A DNA stretch of 64,000 nucleotides, taken from contig CAZEBQ010000001.1 of the NCBI GenBank assembly GCA_964510295.1, forward strand, positions 829 to 64,828, written 5' to 3'. This document shows, piece by piece, positions 21,443-31,000 of the stretch. The notes under the pieces were generated by a model. The model saw nothing but the letters and a program-made list of their open reading frames with translations. It searched no databases and was not told the origin of the DNA. A program made the position numbers and the translations under genes. The stretch comes from an uncultured Anaerolineales bacterium (GTDB taxonomy: Bacteria; Planctomycetota; Phycisphaerae; FEN-1346). Every line of letters starts with the position of its first letter. Within the stretch, counting starts at the first letter, position 1.

Positions 21443-21503
21443 GCCTGTGGCGAACTTTTGGGGGCAGAATCCTTTGTCACGGGCAAAGAGGGAGGTTCCC
21501 GCC

Positions 21504-21992
21504 GTGACGCAGGCAACGTCAGCCGCCGGACTCAGCGAGAGCCTTCAGGATTACCTGGAGGCTGTCTATCTGCTTGTCCAGCGCCACGGTGTGGCGCGGA
21601 TGAAGGAGATTGCGGCCCATGTCGGCGTCGGCAAGTCGTCGGTCACCTGTGGCGTTCAGGCCCTGGCCGAACGGGGCCTCGTCAACTACGAGCCGTACCA
21701 ATACGTGACGCTGACTGAGACAGGCGAAACCATGGGCAAGGCCCTCCTGCGGAAGCATCGTGTGCTGAAGCGGTTCCTGATGGAGGTCCTCGGCGTACCC
21801 GATGCGGAGGCCGAAGCGGTCGGTTGCAAGATGGAACATGCCATCAAGGGCGACGTGCTCGACCGGTTGGTGCGGTTCGTCCATTTCGTGGAGCAGCGTT
21901 CCGACGTCGATGGTCCTTGGGCGGAGGCGTTTCGGGAGTTCCGTCGCGATGCCGAGGGCCTCAACGGTTCTCTGGAGGGCCGACACACGTGA
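21504..21992 (+). CDS. DtxR/MntR-family metal-dependent transcriptional repressor (two-domain, ~162 aa)
   Basis: LSESLQDYLEAVYLLVQRHGVARMKEIAAHVGVGKSSVT... is the DtxR wHTH. A GTG start is preceded by AGAGGGAGG. The stop overlaps the feoA start (GTGA). Confidence 0.8.
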   Translation: MTQATSAAGLSESLQDYLEAVYLLVQRHGVARMKEIAAHVGVGKSSVTCGVQALAERGLVNYEPYQYVTLTETGETMGKALLRKHRVLKRFLMEVLGVPDAEAEAVGCKMEHAIKGDVLDRLVRFVHFVEQRSDVDGPWAEAFREFRRDAEGLNGSLEGRHT

Positions 21993-22273
21993 CACGCTTC
22001 GGACACGCCGGCCAACCTGGCGCCGTGTCGCTTGCCTCCCTGCCGGACGGCGCGTCGGCGCAGTTGGTCACGGTGGCGGGCGGCGTGGGGCTGCGGTCGC
22101 GTTTGGCGGCTATGGGGCTTCGCGCGGGCGTCGCCATCCGGGTCGTTCACAACGGCGGCCGCGGCCCGTTCGTTCTGGCGGCCGGCGAGTTGCGCATCGT
22201 TCTCGGCCGGGGAATGGCGCGGAAGGTCATGGTGGTTCCCAGCGGTGGGCCGGATCATGGCAGACGCGAGTAA
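21989..22273 (+). CDS. feoA: Ferrous iron transport protein A
   Basis: A ~94-aa SH3-like protein: LASLPDGASAQLVTVAGGVGLRSRLAAMGLRAGVAIRVVHNGGRGPFVLAAGELRIVLGRGMARKVMV. Confidence 0.75.
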   Translation: MTRFGHAGQPGAVSLASLPDGASAQLVTVAGGVGLRSRLAAMGLRAGVAIRVVHNGGRGPFVLAAGELRIVLGRGMARKVMVVPSGGPDHGRRE

Positions 22274-24407
22274 ACCCGCCGCACCAGCCCCGGGCGAGAC
22301 CCGCCTGGCCCGAAACAGCCAAACCGTAACGGTCGCCCTGGCCGGAAACCCCAACTCCGGCAAGACGACGATCTTCAACGCACTGACGGGCTCGCGGCAG
22401 CACGTCGGGAATTACCCGGGCGTCACGGTCGAAAAGAAGGTTGGGGTCTGCCGGCACCGAGGCGTACGACTTGAGATCGTGGACCTGCCCGGCACCTACA
22501 GCCTGACGGCGTACGCGACGGACGAACTGGTGGCCCGCGAGTTTGTCATCGATGAGCACCCCGGGGTCGTCGTTGACATCCTCGACGGCTCGAACCTCGA
22601 GCGCAACCTGTTTCTGGCGGTGCAGTTCATGGAGTTGGGTCTGCCGCTGGTCCTCGTGCTGAACATGAGCGATCTGGCGTCGGCTCGCGGCTACGTGTTT
22701 GATCTCGAGCAACTGTCTGCCCTGCTGGGCGGTGTGCCCCTGATTCCGGCCGTCGGCAACCGCGGCCAAGGGATCGACAAGATTCGCGACGCCATCGTCG
22801 CCGTCGCAACGGGGGCGCGCCACCTGCGCCCGGTGCCGATCACGTATGGCCCGGAGATCGACAAAGAGGTCGACAAACTGGCTGCCGTCCTGGAGACCGA
22901 GGCCGAGCGTCTCGCGCCACGGCAGCCGCGGTGGGTCGCTCTGAAACTCCTCGAGAACGACCGGCGAATCCGCGAGCGCATCGAGCAGGTGTGTGAGAGC
23001 GCGGCGGCTGTCCTGGCGGCGGCTGACGAGGCGATCGCCCACCTCAGAAGAATCCTCGGCGACGAGCCCGAGATCGTCATCGCCGACCGGCGGTACGGGT
23101 TTATCAGCGGCGCCTGTCAGGAGACGGTTCGCAGCACGGTTGAGGCCCGGCACACGCGGTCCGACCAGATCGATGCCGTCATCACGCATCCTGTGCTGGG
23201 GCTGCCGATCTTCCTGGGCCTGCTGTATCTGGTCTTCTGGGGGACGTTCAGCCTGGGCGAGTACCCGATGGCCGCCATCGATTATGCCTTCCAGTGGTTG
23301 GGGCAGGCCGTGGGGGGGCTGTGGGCGGCCGGCAGCGACAGCGCCCTGCGGTCGCTCCTCGTGCACGGTGTCATCCGCGGCGTCGGTGCGGTGATCGTCT
23401 TTTTGCCGAACATCCTGATTCTGTTTCTGGCCATTGCGGTGCTGGAGGATTCCGGGTACATGGCCCGGGCGGCGTTTATCATGGACCGGTGGATGCACAA
23501 GATCGGCCTGCACGGTCAGAGTTTCATCCCGATGGTCATCGGCTTCGGGTGTACGATCCCGGCGATCATGGCGACGCGAGTCCTCGCGAGCCGGCGCGAC
23601 CGCCTCACGACGATGCTCATACTGCCGCTGATGAGTTGCAGCGCCCGCCTGCCGATTTACATGATGTTCACGGCCGCATTCTTCATCGAGAAGTGGCGAG
23701 GGCCGGTCCTGTGGACGATGTACGTCGTGGGGGCGGCTGTGGCGGTGCTGGCGGCCAAACTGCTCAAGTCCACACTCCTTCGCGGCGAGGCCGAACCGTT
23801 CGTCATGGAACTGCCCCCCTACCGCACCCCCACCGTCAAGGGCACACTCATCCACACGTGGCAGCGGGGCTGGATGTACGTCCGCAAGGCAGGCACGATC
23901 ATCCTCGGCGTCTCTATCCTCCTGTGGGCGCTGACCAGTTACCCCAAGCCGCACCCCCGGGAGACCGAGGACCTGGCGGCCGAGGGGCGGCAGGCGGCGG
24001 CGCTCGAATACTCGGTTGCTGGCCGCGTCGGCAAGGCCTTTGAGCCCGTCACCCGGCCGCTCGGATTCGATTGGCGGGTCAACACGGCCATGATGGGCGC
24101 ATTTGCCGCCAAGGAGGTCTTCGTCGCACAGATGAGCATCGTCTATTCGCTCGGCGACACGGATGAGGCCGAGGCCCAGCCGCTACAGACCGCGCTCAGG
24201 AGCAACTACACCCCCCTCCAGGCCATCGCCATCATGATCTTCTCTCTGCTCGGATTCCCCTGCATGGCCACGGTCGCCGTCATGTGGACTGAGAGCGGCT
24301 CCTGGAAATGGGCACTCCTTCAGTGGACAGGACTCACCGGCCTCGCCTACCTTGCCGCCTTGCTCGTGTATCAGATCGGCAGCGCCCTCGGATTGGCAGG
24401 GGGGTGA
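22257..24407 (+). CDS. feoB: Ferrous iron transport protein B (GTPase plus permease)
   Basis: A G-domain TVALAGNPNSGKTTIFNALTG ... VDLPGTYSL is followed by a polytopic membrane domain. Total length is 716 aa from ATG 22257. Confidence 0.9.
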   Translation: MADASKPAAPAPGETRLARNSQTVTVALAGNPNSGKTTIFNALTGSRQHVGNYPGVTVEKKVGVCRHRGVRLEIVDLPGTYSLTAYATDELVAREFVIDEHPGVVVDILDGSNLERNLFLAVQFMELGLPLVLVLNMSDLASARGYVFDLEQLSALLGGVPLIPAVGNRGQGIDKIRDAIVAVATGARHLRPVPITYGPEIDKEVDKLAAVLETEAERLAPRQPRWVALKLLENDRRIRERIEQVCESAAAVLAAADEAIAHLRRILGDEPEIVIADRRYGFISGACQETVRSTVEARHTRSDQIDAVITHPVLGLPIFLGLLYLVFWGTFSLGEYPMAAIDYAFQWLGQAVGGLWAAGSDSALRSLLVHGVIRGVGAVIVFLPNILILFLAIAVLEDSGYMARAAFIMDRWMHKIGLHGQSFIPMVIGFGCTIPAIMATRVLASRRDRLTTMLILPLMSCSARLPIYMMFTAAFFIEKWRGPVLWTMYVVGAAVAVLAAKLLKSTLLRGEAEPFVMELPPYRTPTVKGTLIHTWQRGWMYVRKAGTIILGVSILLWALTSYPKPHPRETEDLAAEGRQAAALEYSVAGRVGKAFEPVTRPLGFDWRVNTAMMGAFAAKEVFVAQMSIVYSLGDTDEAEAQPLQTALRSNYTPLQAIAIMIFSLLGFPCMATVAVMWTESGSWKWALLQWTGLTGLAYLAALLVYQIGSALGLAGG

Positions 24408-24408
24408 T

Positions 24409-24639
24409 ATGGCCACGGCAGAGACGATACTGGTGGTGGTTATCGTGGCGGCCATGACGGTGCTCGTCGGCCGGCGCATGTGGCGCACCCTCAGCGGCAA
24501 GGGGGAGACGTGTGGGGGCTGCTCCCGGTCGTGCGCTGTGGTGGCATCGCCCGACGGGCTCAGGCGAGGCGGTCGCCAACCGGCGTTAGCCCAAGAAAAG
24601 GACGAGTTTGGAGTTGACAAGTCGGTAAAGTCGTGCTAA
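24409..24639 (+). CDS. FeoB-associated Cys-rich membrane peptide (FeoC-like accessory)
   Basis: It starts 2 nt after the feoB stop. MATAETILVVVIVAAMTVLVGRRMWRTLSGKGETCGGCSRSC is a single TM helix plus a GCGGC-type Cys cluster, typical of the small FeoB-associated family. The C-terminal tail is longer than usual. Confidence 0.5.
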   Translation: MATAETILVVVIVAAMTVLVGRRMWRTLSGKGETCGGCSRSCAVVASPDGLRRGGRQPALAQEKDEFGVDKSVKSC

Positions 24640-24642
24640 AGT
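24614..24642 (+). promoter_or_regulatory. Sigma70-type promoter (TTGACA-17-TAAAGT) of the second dtxR gene
   Basis: agTTGACAagtcggtaaagtcgtgcTAAAGTttgg. The first 9 nt (ttgacaagt) are identical to the dtxR1 promoter. Confidence 0.5.
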
Positions 24643-24657
24643 TTGGATTGGCAAACT
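24640..24657 (+). promoter_or_regulatory. Operator-like inverted repeat AGTTTG-N6-CAAACT overlapping the -10/+1 of the dtxR2 promoter
   Basis: aAGTTTGgattggCAAACTt seen directly. It is followed by ggcaaacttttcgggcag, which parallels ggcgaacttttgggggcag at 21449-21467. Confidence 0.55.
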
Positions 24658-24681
24658 TTTCGGGCAGCGACAGAGGCCTTG

Positions 24682-25410
24682 ATGATGGGTGTTTCCGCAG
24701 AGTTGAGTGCCCAGTCCGAGGATTACCTGGAGGCTATTCTCCAGTTGGTTGCCCAGAAGGGCATCGCCCGGGCGCGCGACATCGCCAAGCGGCTCAGTGT
24801 CCACAAATCGACCGTCACCGGCGCGCTGAGACATCTGGCGGACAAGGGCCTTGTCAATTATACCCCTTACGAGGCGAGCACCCTGACGCCGCAAGGAAGG
24901 AAAATCGCCGGCGAGGTCCTGAGGCGGCACAAGACCATCAGCGCCTTTCTAAGGCAGGTCCTGCTGCTCCAAGAAGACGTTGCCGAGGGAAACGCCTGCC
25001 GCATGGAACATGCCGTGGACCAGGCCGTCATCAGCAGGCTGGTCCAGTTCATGGAATTCGTTCAGGCGTGCCCGGGAAGCCCCGAGGGATGGGCGCAATA
25101 CCTCGAGGGGAAGTGTGAACACGGCAACAAACGCAAGGACTGCCGGCAGTGCCTTGTGCTGAGCCATGCGGCGGCGAGTGCTGTGCCCACGCTTGATACC
25201 CTTGGGGCCGGTCAACGGGGCGCCGTCGTCAAGGTCCACGGCACCGGGGCGATCCGACGGCGGATCGTGGAGATGGGGGTCGTGCGCGGCACAGTCATCG
25301 GGGTGCTTAAGGCCGCGCCGGACGGGGGGCCGATGGAGGTCAGGCTCAAGGGCTACAATCTTGCTCTGCGGAAGGAGGAAGCCGCACGAATCCAGGTCAA
25401 GCCCGACTGA
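24682..25410 (+). CDS. DtxR/IdeR-family repressor with a C-terminal FeoA/SH3-like domain (three-domain type)
   Basis: The N-terminus LSAQSEDYLEAILQLVAQKGIARARDIAKRLSVHKSTVTGALRHL is a DtxR wHTH. The C-terminus GAGQRGAVVKVHGTGAIRRRIVEMGVVRGTVIGVLKAAPDGGPMEVRLKGYNLALRKEEAARIQV is a FeoA/SH3 fold. Confidence 0.75.
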   Translation: MMGVSAELSAQSEDYLEAILQLVAQKGIARARDIAKRLSVHKSTVTGALRHLADKGLVNYTPYEASTLTPQGRKIAGEVLRRHKTISAFLRQVLLLQEDVAEGNACRMEHAVDQAVISRLVQFMEFVQACPGSPEGWAQYLEGKCEHGNKRKDCRQCLVLSHAAASAVPTLDTLGAGQRGAVVKVHGTGAIRRRIVEMGVVRGTVIGVLKAAPDGGPMEVRLKGYNLALRKEEAARIQVKPD

Positions 25411-25469
25411 TCGCATTCGAGAAGGTCGGTGGACCGACAGCGAGGGCGACGCATGAGGCAACGAAGGCC

Positions 25470-25506
25470 TTTACCCCAGGCGAACGGGGGGAGAGAGAGC
25501 GTTTTT
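25470..25506 (+). terminator. Putative intrinsic terminator after dtxR2 (GC stem followed by T7)
   Basis: ccccaggcgaacggggggagagagagcgttttttt. The stem is short and imperfect but the T-run is strong. Confidence 0.35.
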
Positions 25507-25624
25507 TTGTCGCAGAAGTTGGGGCTCCCCAACATTGTTGTATTAGGCCAACTAGACCATGGGCGAACCGGAACACAACAACGCGGGGCGTCGCACCCTT
25601 GAACCCGTATCTTAGAAAGGAAGG

Positions 25625-26437
25625 ATGGAGATGCGACAGGCAGAAATTCACACAGGGTTGTTGATTCTGGTAACGATGTCGCTCGCCGGATGGTTGCCGG
25701 CGACGGCACGCGGGGCGGTGCTCGAACCCGCCGCCGACAACTGGATCAACTCGTGTTCGAGCGGCTGCACGGTCAACGGCGGCGCCGACGCCGAGATCCG
25801 GGTCCGAACCTCATGGTGGGGCGGCCAGACGAAGGAACCCAAGAACTTCCGGTCCCTTCTCCAGTTCGATCTGGCGTCGCTGCCGCCCGCCATCCAGGCG
25901 GACCCCGGCCTGATCACCAGCGCCACGCTTGGGCTCTACTACTGGAGCGCGCCGCACGACGACCCCGCCGGCCGCACCTACGTCGTCCACCGCGTCACCA
26001 ATTCCTGGGACGAGATGAACTCCACCTGGCAGGCACGCGATGATTACCAGGAGGCCAGCCCCGTGTACTGGGACCCCTTCAACACTGGCGTGCCCGCGTA
26101 CCAGCCGGGCGGAGGCGACTTTGCCTCGACCGTCTATGCGACCGCCGCCGTTCCCCACTCCACCGACACCTGGATGACGTGGAACGTGACGGGCCTGGTC
26201 CGCGAATGGGTCGCCGGGACGCACGCGAACCTCGGGCTGATCGTCAAGGACGCGAGTGAGATCGAGGGGAACCCCGGCAGCGGCGCGGTCAGTTACCACG
26301 CCCGGTTCAGGAGCCGGGACTACCAGGACACGGGCCTGCGGCCGTACCTGGAGGTCGTGCCCGAACCGGCGACCATCGCGCTGGTCGGGCTTGGGACGGT
26401 TGCCCTGGCGGTTTCGCGAAGGCGCGGCCGTCGGTGA
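25625..26437 (+). CDS. PEP-CTERM-anchored secreted protein with a DNRLRE-type carbohydrate-binding domain
   Basis: A signal peptide and a DNRLRE-like region (SLLQFDLASLP...VVHRVTNSWDEMNSTWQ) are followed by a C-terminal VPEPATIALVGLGTVALAVSRRRGRR (PEP motif, TM helix, Arg cluster). Confidence 0.7.
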   Translation: MEMRQAEIHTGLLILVTMSLAGWLPATARGAVLEPAADNWINSCSSGCTVNGGADAEIRVRTSWWGGQTKEPKNFRSLLQFDLASLPPAIQADPGLITSATLGLYYWSAPHDDPAGRTYVVHRVTNSWDEMNSTWQARDDYQEASPVYWDPFNTGVPAYQPGGGDFASTVYATAAVPHSTDTWMTWNVTGLVREWVAGTHANLGLIVKDASEIEGNPGSGAVSYHARFRSRDYQDTGLRPYLEVVPEPATIALVGLGTVALAVSRRRGRR

Positions 26438-26512
26438 CTTGGCCGGCCGAGGGGCAGGGGTGAGCGAGGGCGACGCTTCTGCCATCGGTCTACCTGTGCA
26501 GGAAGGAGCCCC

Positions 26513-27223
26513 GTGATGAGGCGCAGAGCCCCGAGTGGGCGAACCGCCGGCCGCGGCGCGTTCACGCTCGTCGAACTGATGGTCCTCGCGTCGATCCTCG
26601 CGGTCCTCGCGGGCCTGCTGTTCCCAGCGGTGGGCGCGGCCTATGCCGTGGCAGACCGCGTGACGTGCGCGAGCAACCTGAAACAGATCGGCCTGGCCGT
26701 CATCACCTATGCAAACCAGCACGGGGGTATGTACCCGACCGCCGAAGATGCCTGGGGCAAAGGCGGGCCCGGCAACTGGTGGGAGAACCCCGATTTCCTC
26801 ACGCTCCTGGCCGTCGAGCCGGGTTGGCGCGAACCCTCGGTGTTGACCTGCCCGGCCGACACGCAGCCGGACCTGTTCTGCGACGGCCGGCCGAAGCCCC
26901 TCTGCTCAAGTTACGCTGCCAACACGTCGTGTTTCGGGGCGAGGCGCGGCGGGTCCAGAGCAGCGCGCCCGAATACTCTCATCAAGCAGCCTTCCCGAAC
27001 GCTGGCGTTCTGCGACGCGGCAACCAGCAGCGACGCGCCCCTGGTCGTCGGCCACCAGGGGTGCGTCGAGGGCGGAATCGCCTTTCGCCACAAGGGCTGT
27101 GCGCAGGGCGTATTCCTCGATGGCCACGTGGATGCCCTTTCCCCGGCCGATGTACCGCTCGGCCATGACGCCTGGAAGGAGCCTCTGTGGGGCGCCGATC
27201 CGCAACTTTGGCAGGTGCGGTAG
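26513..27223 (+). CDS. Prepilin-type N-terminal cleavage/methylation domain protein with an H-X9-DG (DUF1559) motif
   Basis: GAFTLVELMVLASILAVLAGLL is the pseudopilin N-terminus. The C-terminal FRHKGCAQGVFLDGHVDAL is the H-X9-DG signature that is massively expanded in Planctomycetes. Confidence 0.75.
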   Translation: MMRRRAPSGRTAGRGAFTLVELMVLASILAVLAGLLFPAVGAAYAVADRVTCASNLKQIGLAVITYANQHGGMYPTAEDAWGKGGPGNWWENPDFLTLLAVEPGWREPSVLTCPADTQPDLFCDGRPKPLCSSYAANTSCFGARRGGSRAARPNTLIKQPSRTLAFCDAATSSDAPLVVGHQGCVEGGIAFRHKGCAQGVFLDGHVDALSPADVPLGHDAWKEPLWGADPQLWQVR

Positions 27224-27263
27224 GCCGTGTGAATCCGAACGGCCCCGAGAAAGGTATGATGTC

Positions 27264-27923
27264 ATGGAAGCATCTAATGAGAGGCGGACAAGCGAACACG
27301 GCGGCAGGGCCTTCGTATCCTGGCTGATCGCCGCGCTCTTTCTGGTCCTTCTGGGTTCCGGGGTGGTGCTCTTTGCCGCTCCACGCTGCAAGGACGCTGC
27401 CTGGACGGCCTGGGGTACCCTTGGCTTGACAAAAGACCAATGGGAAGCCCTTCACGTGAACGCCGCGGCCCTTTTCGCCCTGGCCACGGCTGCGCACCTG
27501 GCGCTCAACTGGAAAGCCTTTGTTGGATATCTGCGTGTCACTCGTGCCGCCCGGTGTGGGAGCGTTTGGGCAACGGCGGCGGCAGCCCTGGTGGGCGCCG
27601 TGCTCATCGCAGGCGTCGCGATGGAAATGCAGCCCTTCGAGGCCCTGACGGCGCTCAGCGAAGGCCTGAAGGACGACTATGCCTCGTCGATTGGTCGGGC
27701 GCCCTGGCCGTGTGCCCAACGGGCCACGGTAGGCAACGTGGCTCGCCGCCTGGGTCTCTCCCCTGAAGACGCGCTGGCGGCCCTTCGTCGCGCGGGCTAT
27801 CGCGCACCGAGCGAACGGAGCACCCTCCTGCAAGTGGCAGCCGACAACGGCGTCGCGCCCGCGGACGTGTTTGGGATAATCGTAACGGCTTCGCGTTCCG
27901 GCGCGCAGGGCCGGGCGCGATGA
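27264..27923 (+). CDS. Membrane protein, DUF4405-like (two N-terminal TM helices plus a helical C-domain)
   Basis: WLIAALFLVLLGSGVVLFAAP and AAALFALATAAHLALNWKAF are TM helices. This is a family-level guess only. Confidence 0.4.
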   Translation: MEASNERRTSEHGGRAFVSWLIAALFLVLLGSGVVLFAAPRCKDAAWTAWGTLGLTKDQWEALHVNAAALFALATAAHLALNWKAFVGYLRVTRAARCGSVWATAAAALVGAVLIAGVAMEMQPFEALTALSEGLKDDYASSIGRAPWPCAQRATVGNVARRLGLSPEDALAALRRAGYRAPSERSTLLQVAADNGVAPADVFGIIVTASRSGAQGRAR

Positions 27924-28029
27924 GCACGTCCGTCCCGCCGGCTCTTGTTCCGCAGGACGCACGACGTTACCATGCCGGCGGTTCCCTTCGTGAACCAGCC
28001 GGGAGCGTGCAAGGAAGGAGAGGGCAACC

Positions 28030-31000
28030 ATGACCAGGCACAACCTTTCAGCGGCTTGCCTGTGTGCCGTCGTCCTCGTGGCGGTCGCGCAGGCGGCGTG
28101 GGCCGCTGATCCTGCGGACCAGGCTCGACAGATCCTCCGTTCGACGGGCGTCAAGGGCGGCCTGGTTGTCCATGTCGACTGTGGGGATGGGAAACTGACC
28201 GCTGCACTGCACGCAGGCGACAGTTACCTGGTTCACGGCCTGGACGCCAGCGCCAAGAACGTTCGGCAGGCGCGCGACTCTATAAGCAAGCAGGGGCTGT
28301 ACGGCCAAGTGTCTGTGGAGCAGTGGTCGGGCGATCGTCTGCCTTACATCGACAACGTGGTAAACCTGTTGGTGGTGGAAGAGGCCGGCCGCGTCTCCGA
28401 CGCAGAGGTGATGCGCGTCCTGTGTCCCAACGGCGTTGTCTTCACGAAGAAAGACGGCAAATGGACAAAGGTCGTCAAGCCGTGGCCGGACGATATCGAC
28501 GAGTGGACGCACTTCCTTCACGATGCCACGGGCAACGCGGTGGCCGGAGACACCAGGATCGCCACGCCGAAGCATCTCCAGTGGCAGGCGGGGCCCAAGC
28601 GGACCAGGGACCACGACGCGCAGGCCAGCATCAGCGCCATGACCTCCAGCGGCGGCCGCATCTTCTACATCCTTGACGAGGGGCTCACGTCGCTGATCCA
28701 TCGTCCCGCCAACTGGCATCTCATTGCCCGTGACGCTTTCAACGGGATGCTGCTGTGGAAGCGCAACATTGACTCCTGGGTCACCCATCTGCATTATTTC
28801 CGTTCCGGGCCGACCCAACTGCCGCGGCGGCTGGTTTCGATCGGCGACCGCGTCTATGCCACGCTCGGACTCGACGCGCCGGTCACGGTCCTGGATGCGG
28901 CGGACGGTAAGACGCTGCTGACGTACAAAGGATCGGAGAAGGCCGAGGAGTTCATCTGCCACGAGGGCATCCTTCTCGCGGTGATCGGCGACCCCCGTCT
29001 GTGGAACCGTTACGCGCCCAAAATCGGCAACTACTGGGATTTCTACGATGAGGAAGGGCCCGAGGCGGCCAAACGCATCGTTGCCTATCAGGCGGATACG
29101 GGAAAAGAACTCTGGCGGATAGAGGGTGAGAATCTTGCACGCCTGGCCCCGTTGTCGCTGGCGGCCGGAAACGCAAGGGCGTTCTATCTCGATAACCAGA
29201 ATCTGTACTGCGTCGATTTGCACAGCGGCAAGGAACGCTGGAGGGCGCCGTTTCCCACGAAGGGGCTTTTCCTGAGAAACTACGCGCCGACCGTAGTTCA
29301 GTATACAGATACGATTGTCTGCTTGTCGCTGGACAGGTTGTCGGTCTTTGCCGTCAAGGACGGCCGCAAACTCTGGGAGACCACGGGATACGCCGGCTTC
29401 GCCTCGCCGGGCGACCTGTTCGTGATTGATGACCTGGTATGGACGTTTCCGACTACCGCAACGGTCCACGTGGATAAGCAAAAGGTGCCGGGCAAGGGTA
29501 ACGAGTTTCTGGCCTTTGACCTTTACACGGGCGAGGTCAGAAAAACGTTGGTCAAGAAGGAGGTGTGGCCGGGCGGGCATCACCATCGTTGTTACCGGAA
29601 CAAGGCGACGCAGCGGTATTTTATCAGCGGCCGGCGCGGTCTGGAGTTTGTGGATCTTAAGGGCAACGACAACACCATCAACTGGTGGCTCAGGGGAGTG
29701 TGCCAGTATGGCATCATGCCCTGCAATGGATTGGTCTACATGCCGCCGCATCCCTGCAAGTGTTTTGGACGGATCAAGTTCGACGGATTTCACGCGGTGG
29801 CGGCACAGCGGGTGAAGGCAGGGCCCGAGAGTGGACCCGCTGAAAGGCTCCTCAAGGGGCCCGCCTACAAACAAGTCCGAAATCGGGCGGCTGACATCCG
29901 AAATGAGCGGCGGACCCCAGACCGGCAGACGCCCAAAACCTCGGCCTGGGCGGCGCCGGTGCCGAATGCCCATCCTGAAGAGTGGCCTACCTATCGGCAT
30001 GATATAACCCGTAGCGGCTGCGCGAGCACAAAGGTTCCTGTCGATGTCAAGAAGAAGTGGCAGGCCGACATCGGCGCCAGGTTGAGCAGCGTCGTCGTGG
30101 CGCAGAACCGGTTGTTTGTCAGCGCCGTGGACCGTCAGACCCTTTACTGTCTCGACGCCGACAGCGGAAAAACGATGTGGAGGTTTGTCGCCGACGGCCG
30201 CGTTGATTCGCCGCCCACGATCTCATCCGGCACCGCCTTCTTCGGCTGCCGCAATGGGTGCGTCTATGCCGTGGGCGCCGCCGACGGTGAATTGGCTTGG
30301 CGTTTCAGGGGCGCGCCTCTTGACAGGCGCACCGTCGTGCGCGACAGGCTCGAGTCGGCCTGGCCGATACATGGCAGCGTGTTGGTACACGGGGGAGTGG
30401 TCTACTTTGCCGCCGGGCAGTCCTCGTACCTGGACGGCGGGATCCGGTTGGTCGGTCTGGACGCCCGGACCGGAGCCGTTCGCTGCACGACGACGTTCAG
30501 CACGGAAGGCGTGAGTCAGTCGGGTGGCCTGCCGGACGTTCTTGTTTCAGACGGACAAGAGATCTTCATGCGGCACATGCGGTACGATTTGTCGCTGCGG
30601 CCCGCCAAAGGCGGAGGGGTGAGAGCCCTGGTGGCAGATACCGGCCTGCTCGAGGATTGCTGGGGCCACCGGTGGAACTGGATCCTGGGCGGCGGGGGAA
30701 TATGTCCGGCCGGCAAACTTCTGGTGTTCGACGGCGGCATGGCCTATGGTGTCCAGACATTCTACACGTTTCTGAAACACGACAAGTCTATGCAGCCGTC
30801 CACGCACACCGGGCATCTGCATCAAAAGTACGCCCGGTACACCAAAGACGGGTTTCCGATAGGAACGAGGCTTTTTGCCCAGGAGAACACGCTTGGGGGA
30901 GCCTCCAGGAGGAGATGGCTCCTCAACAGCAACAAGCACGTATGGAACAGCAAAACGCTCGTTCAGTTCCGTGCCATGGTTCTTGCAGGCGACGCGCTGT

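Noticed and set aside
22227-23954. 575-aa minus-strand ORF antisense to feoB
   Set aside because: feoB on the plus strand has unambiguous G-domain and membrane-domain motifs. The antisense frame is Arg/His/Asp-rich junk.
24352-24408. The 19-codon N-terminal extension of the FeoB-associated peptide ORF into the end of feoB
   Set aside because: It overlaps the feoB coding end in another frame. The ATG at 24409, 2 nt after the feoB stop, gives the family-typical TM-plus-Cys peptide.
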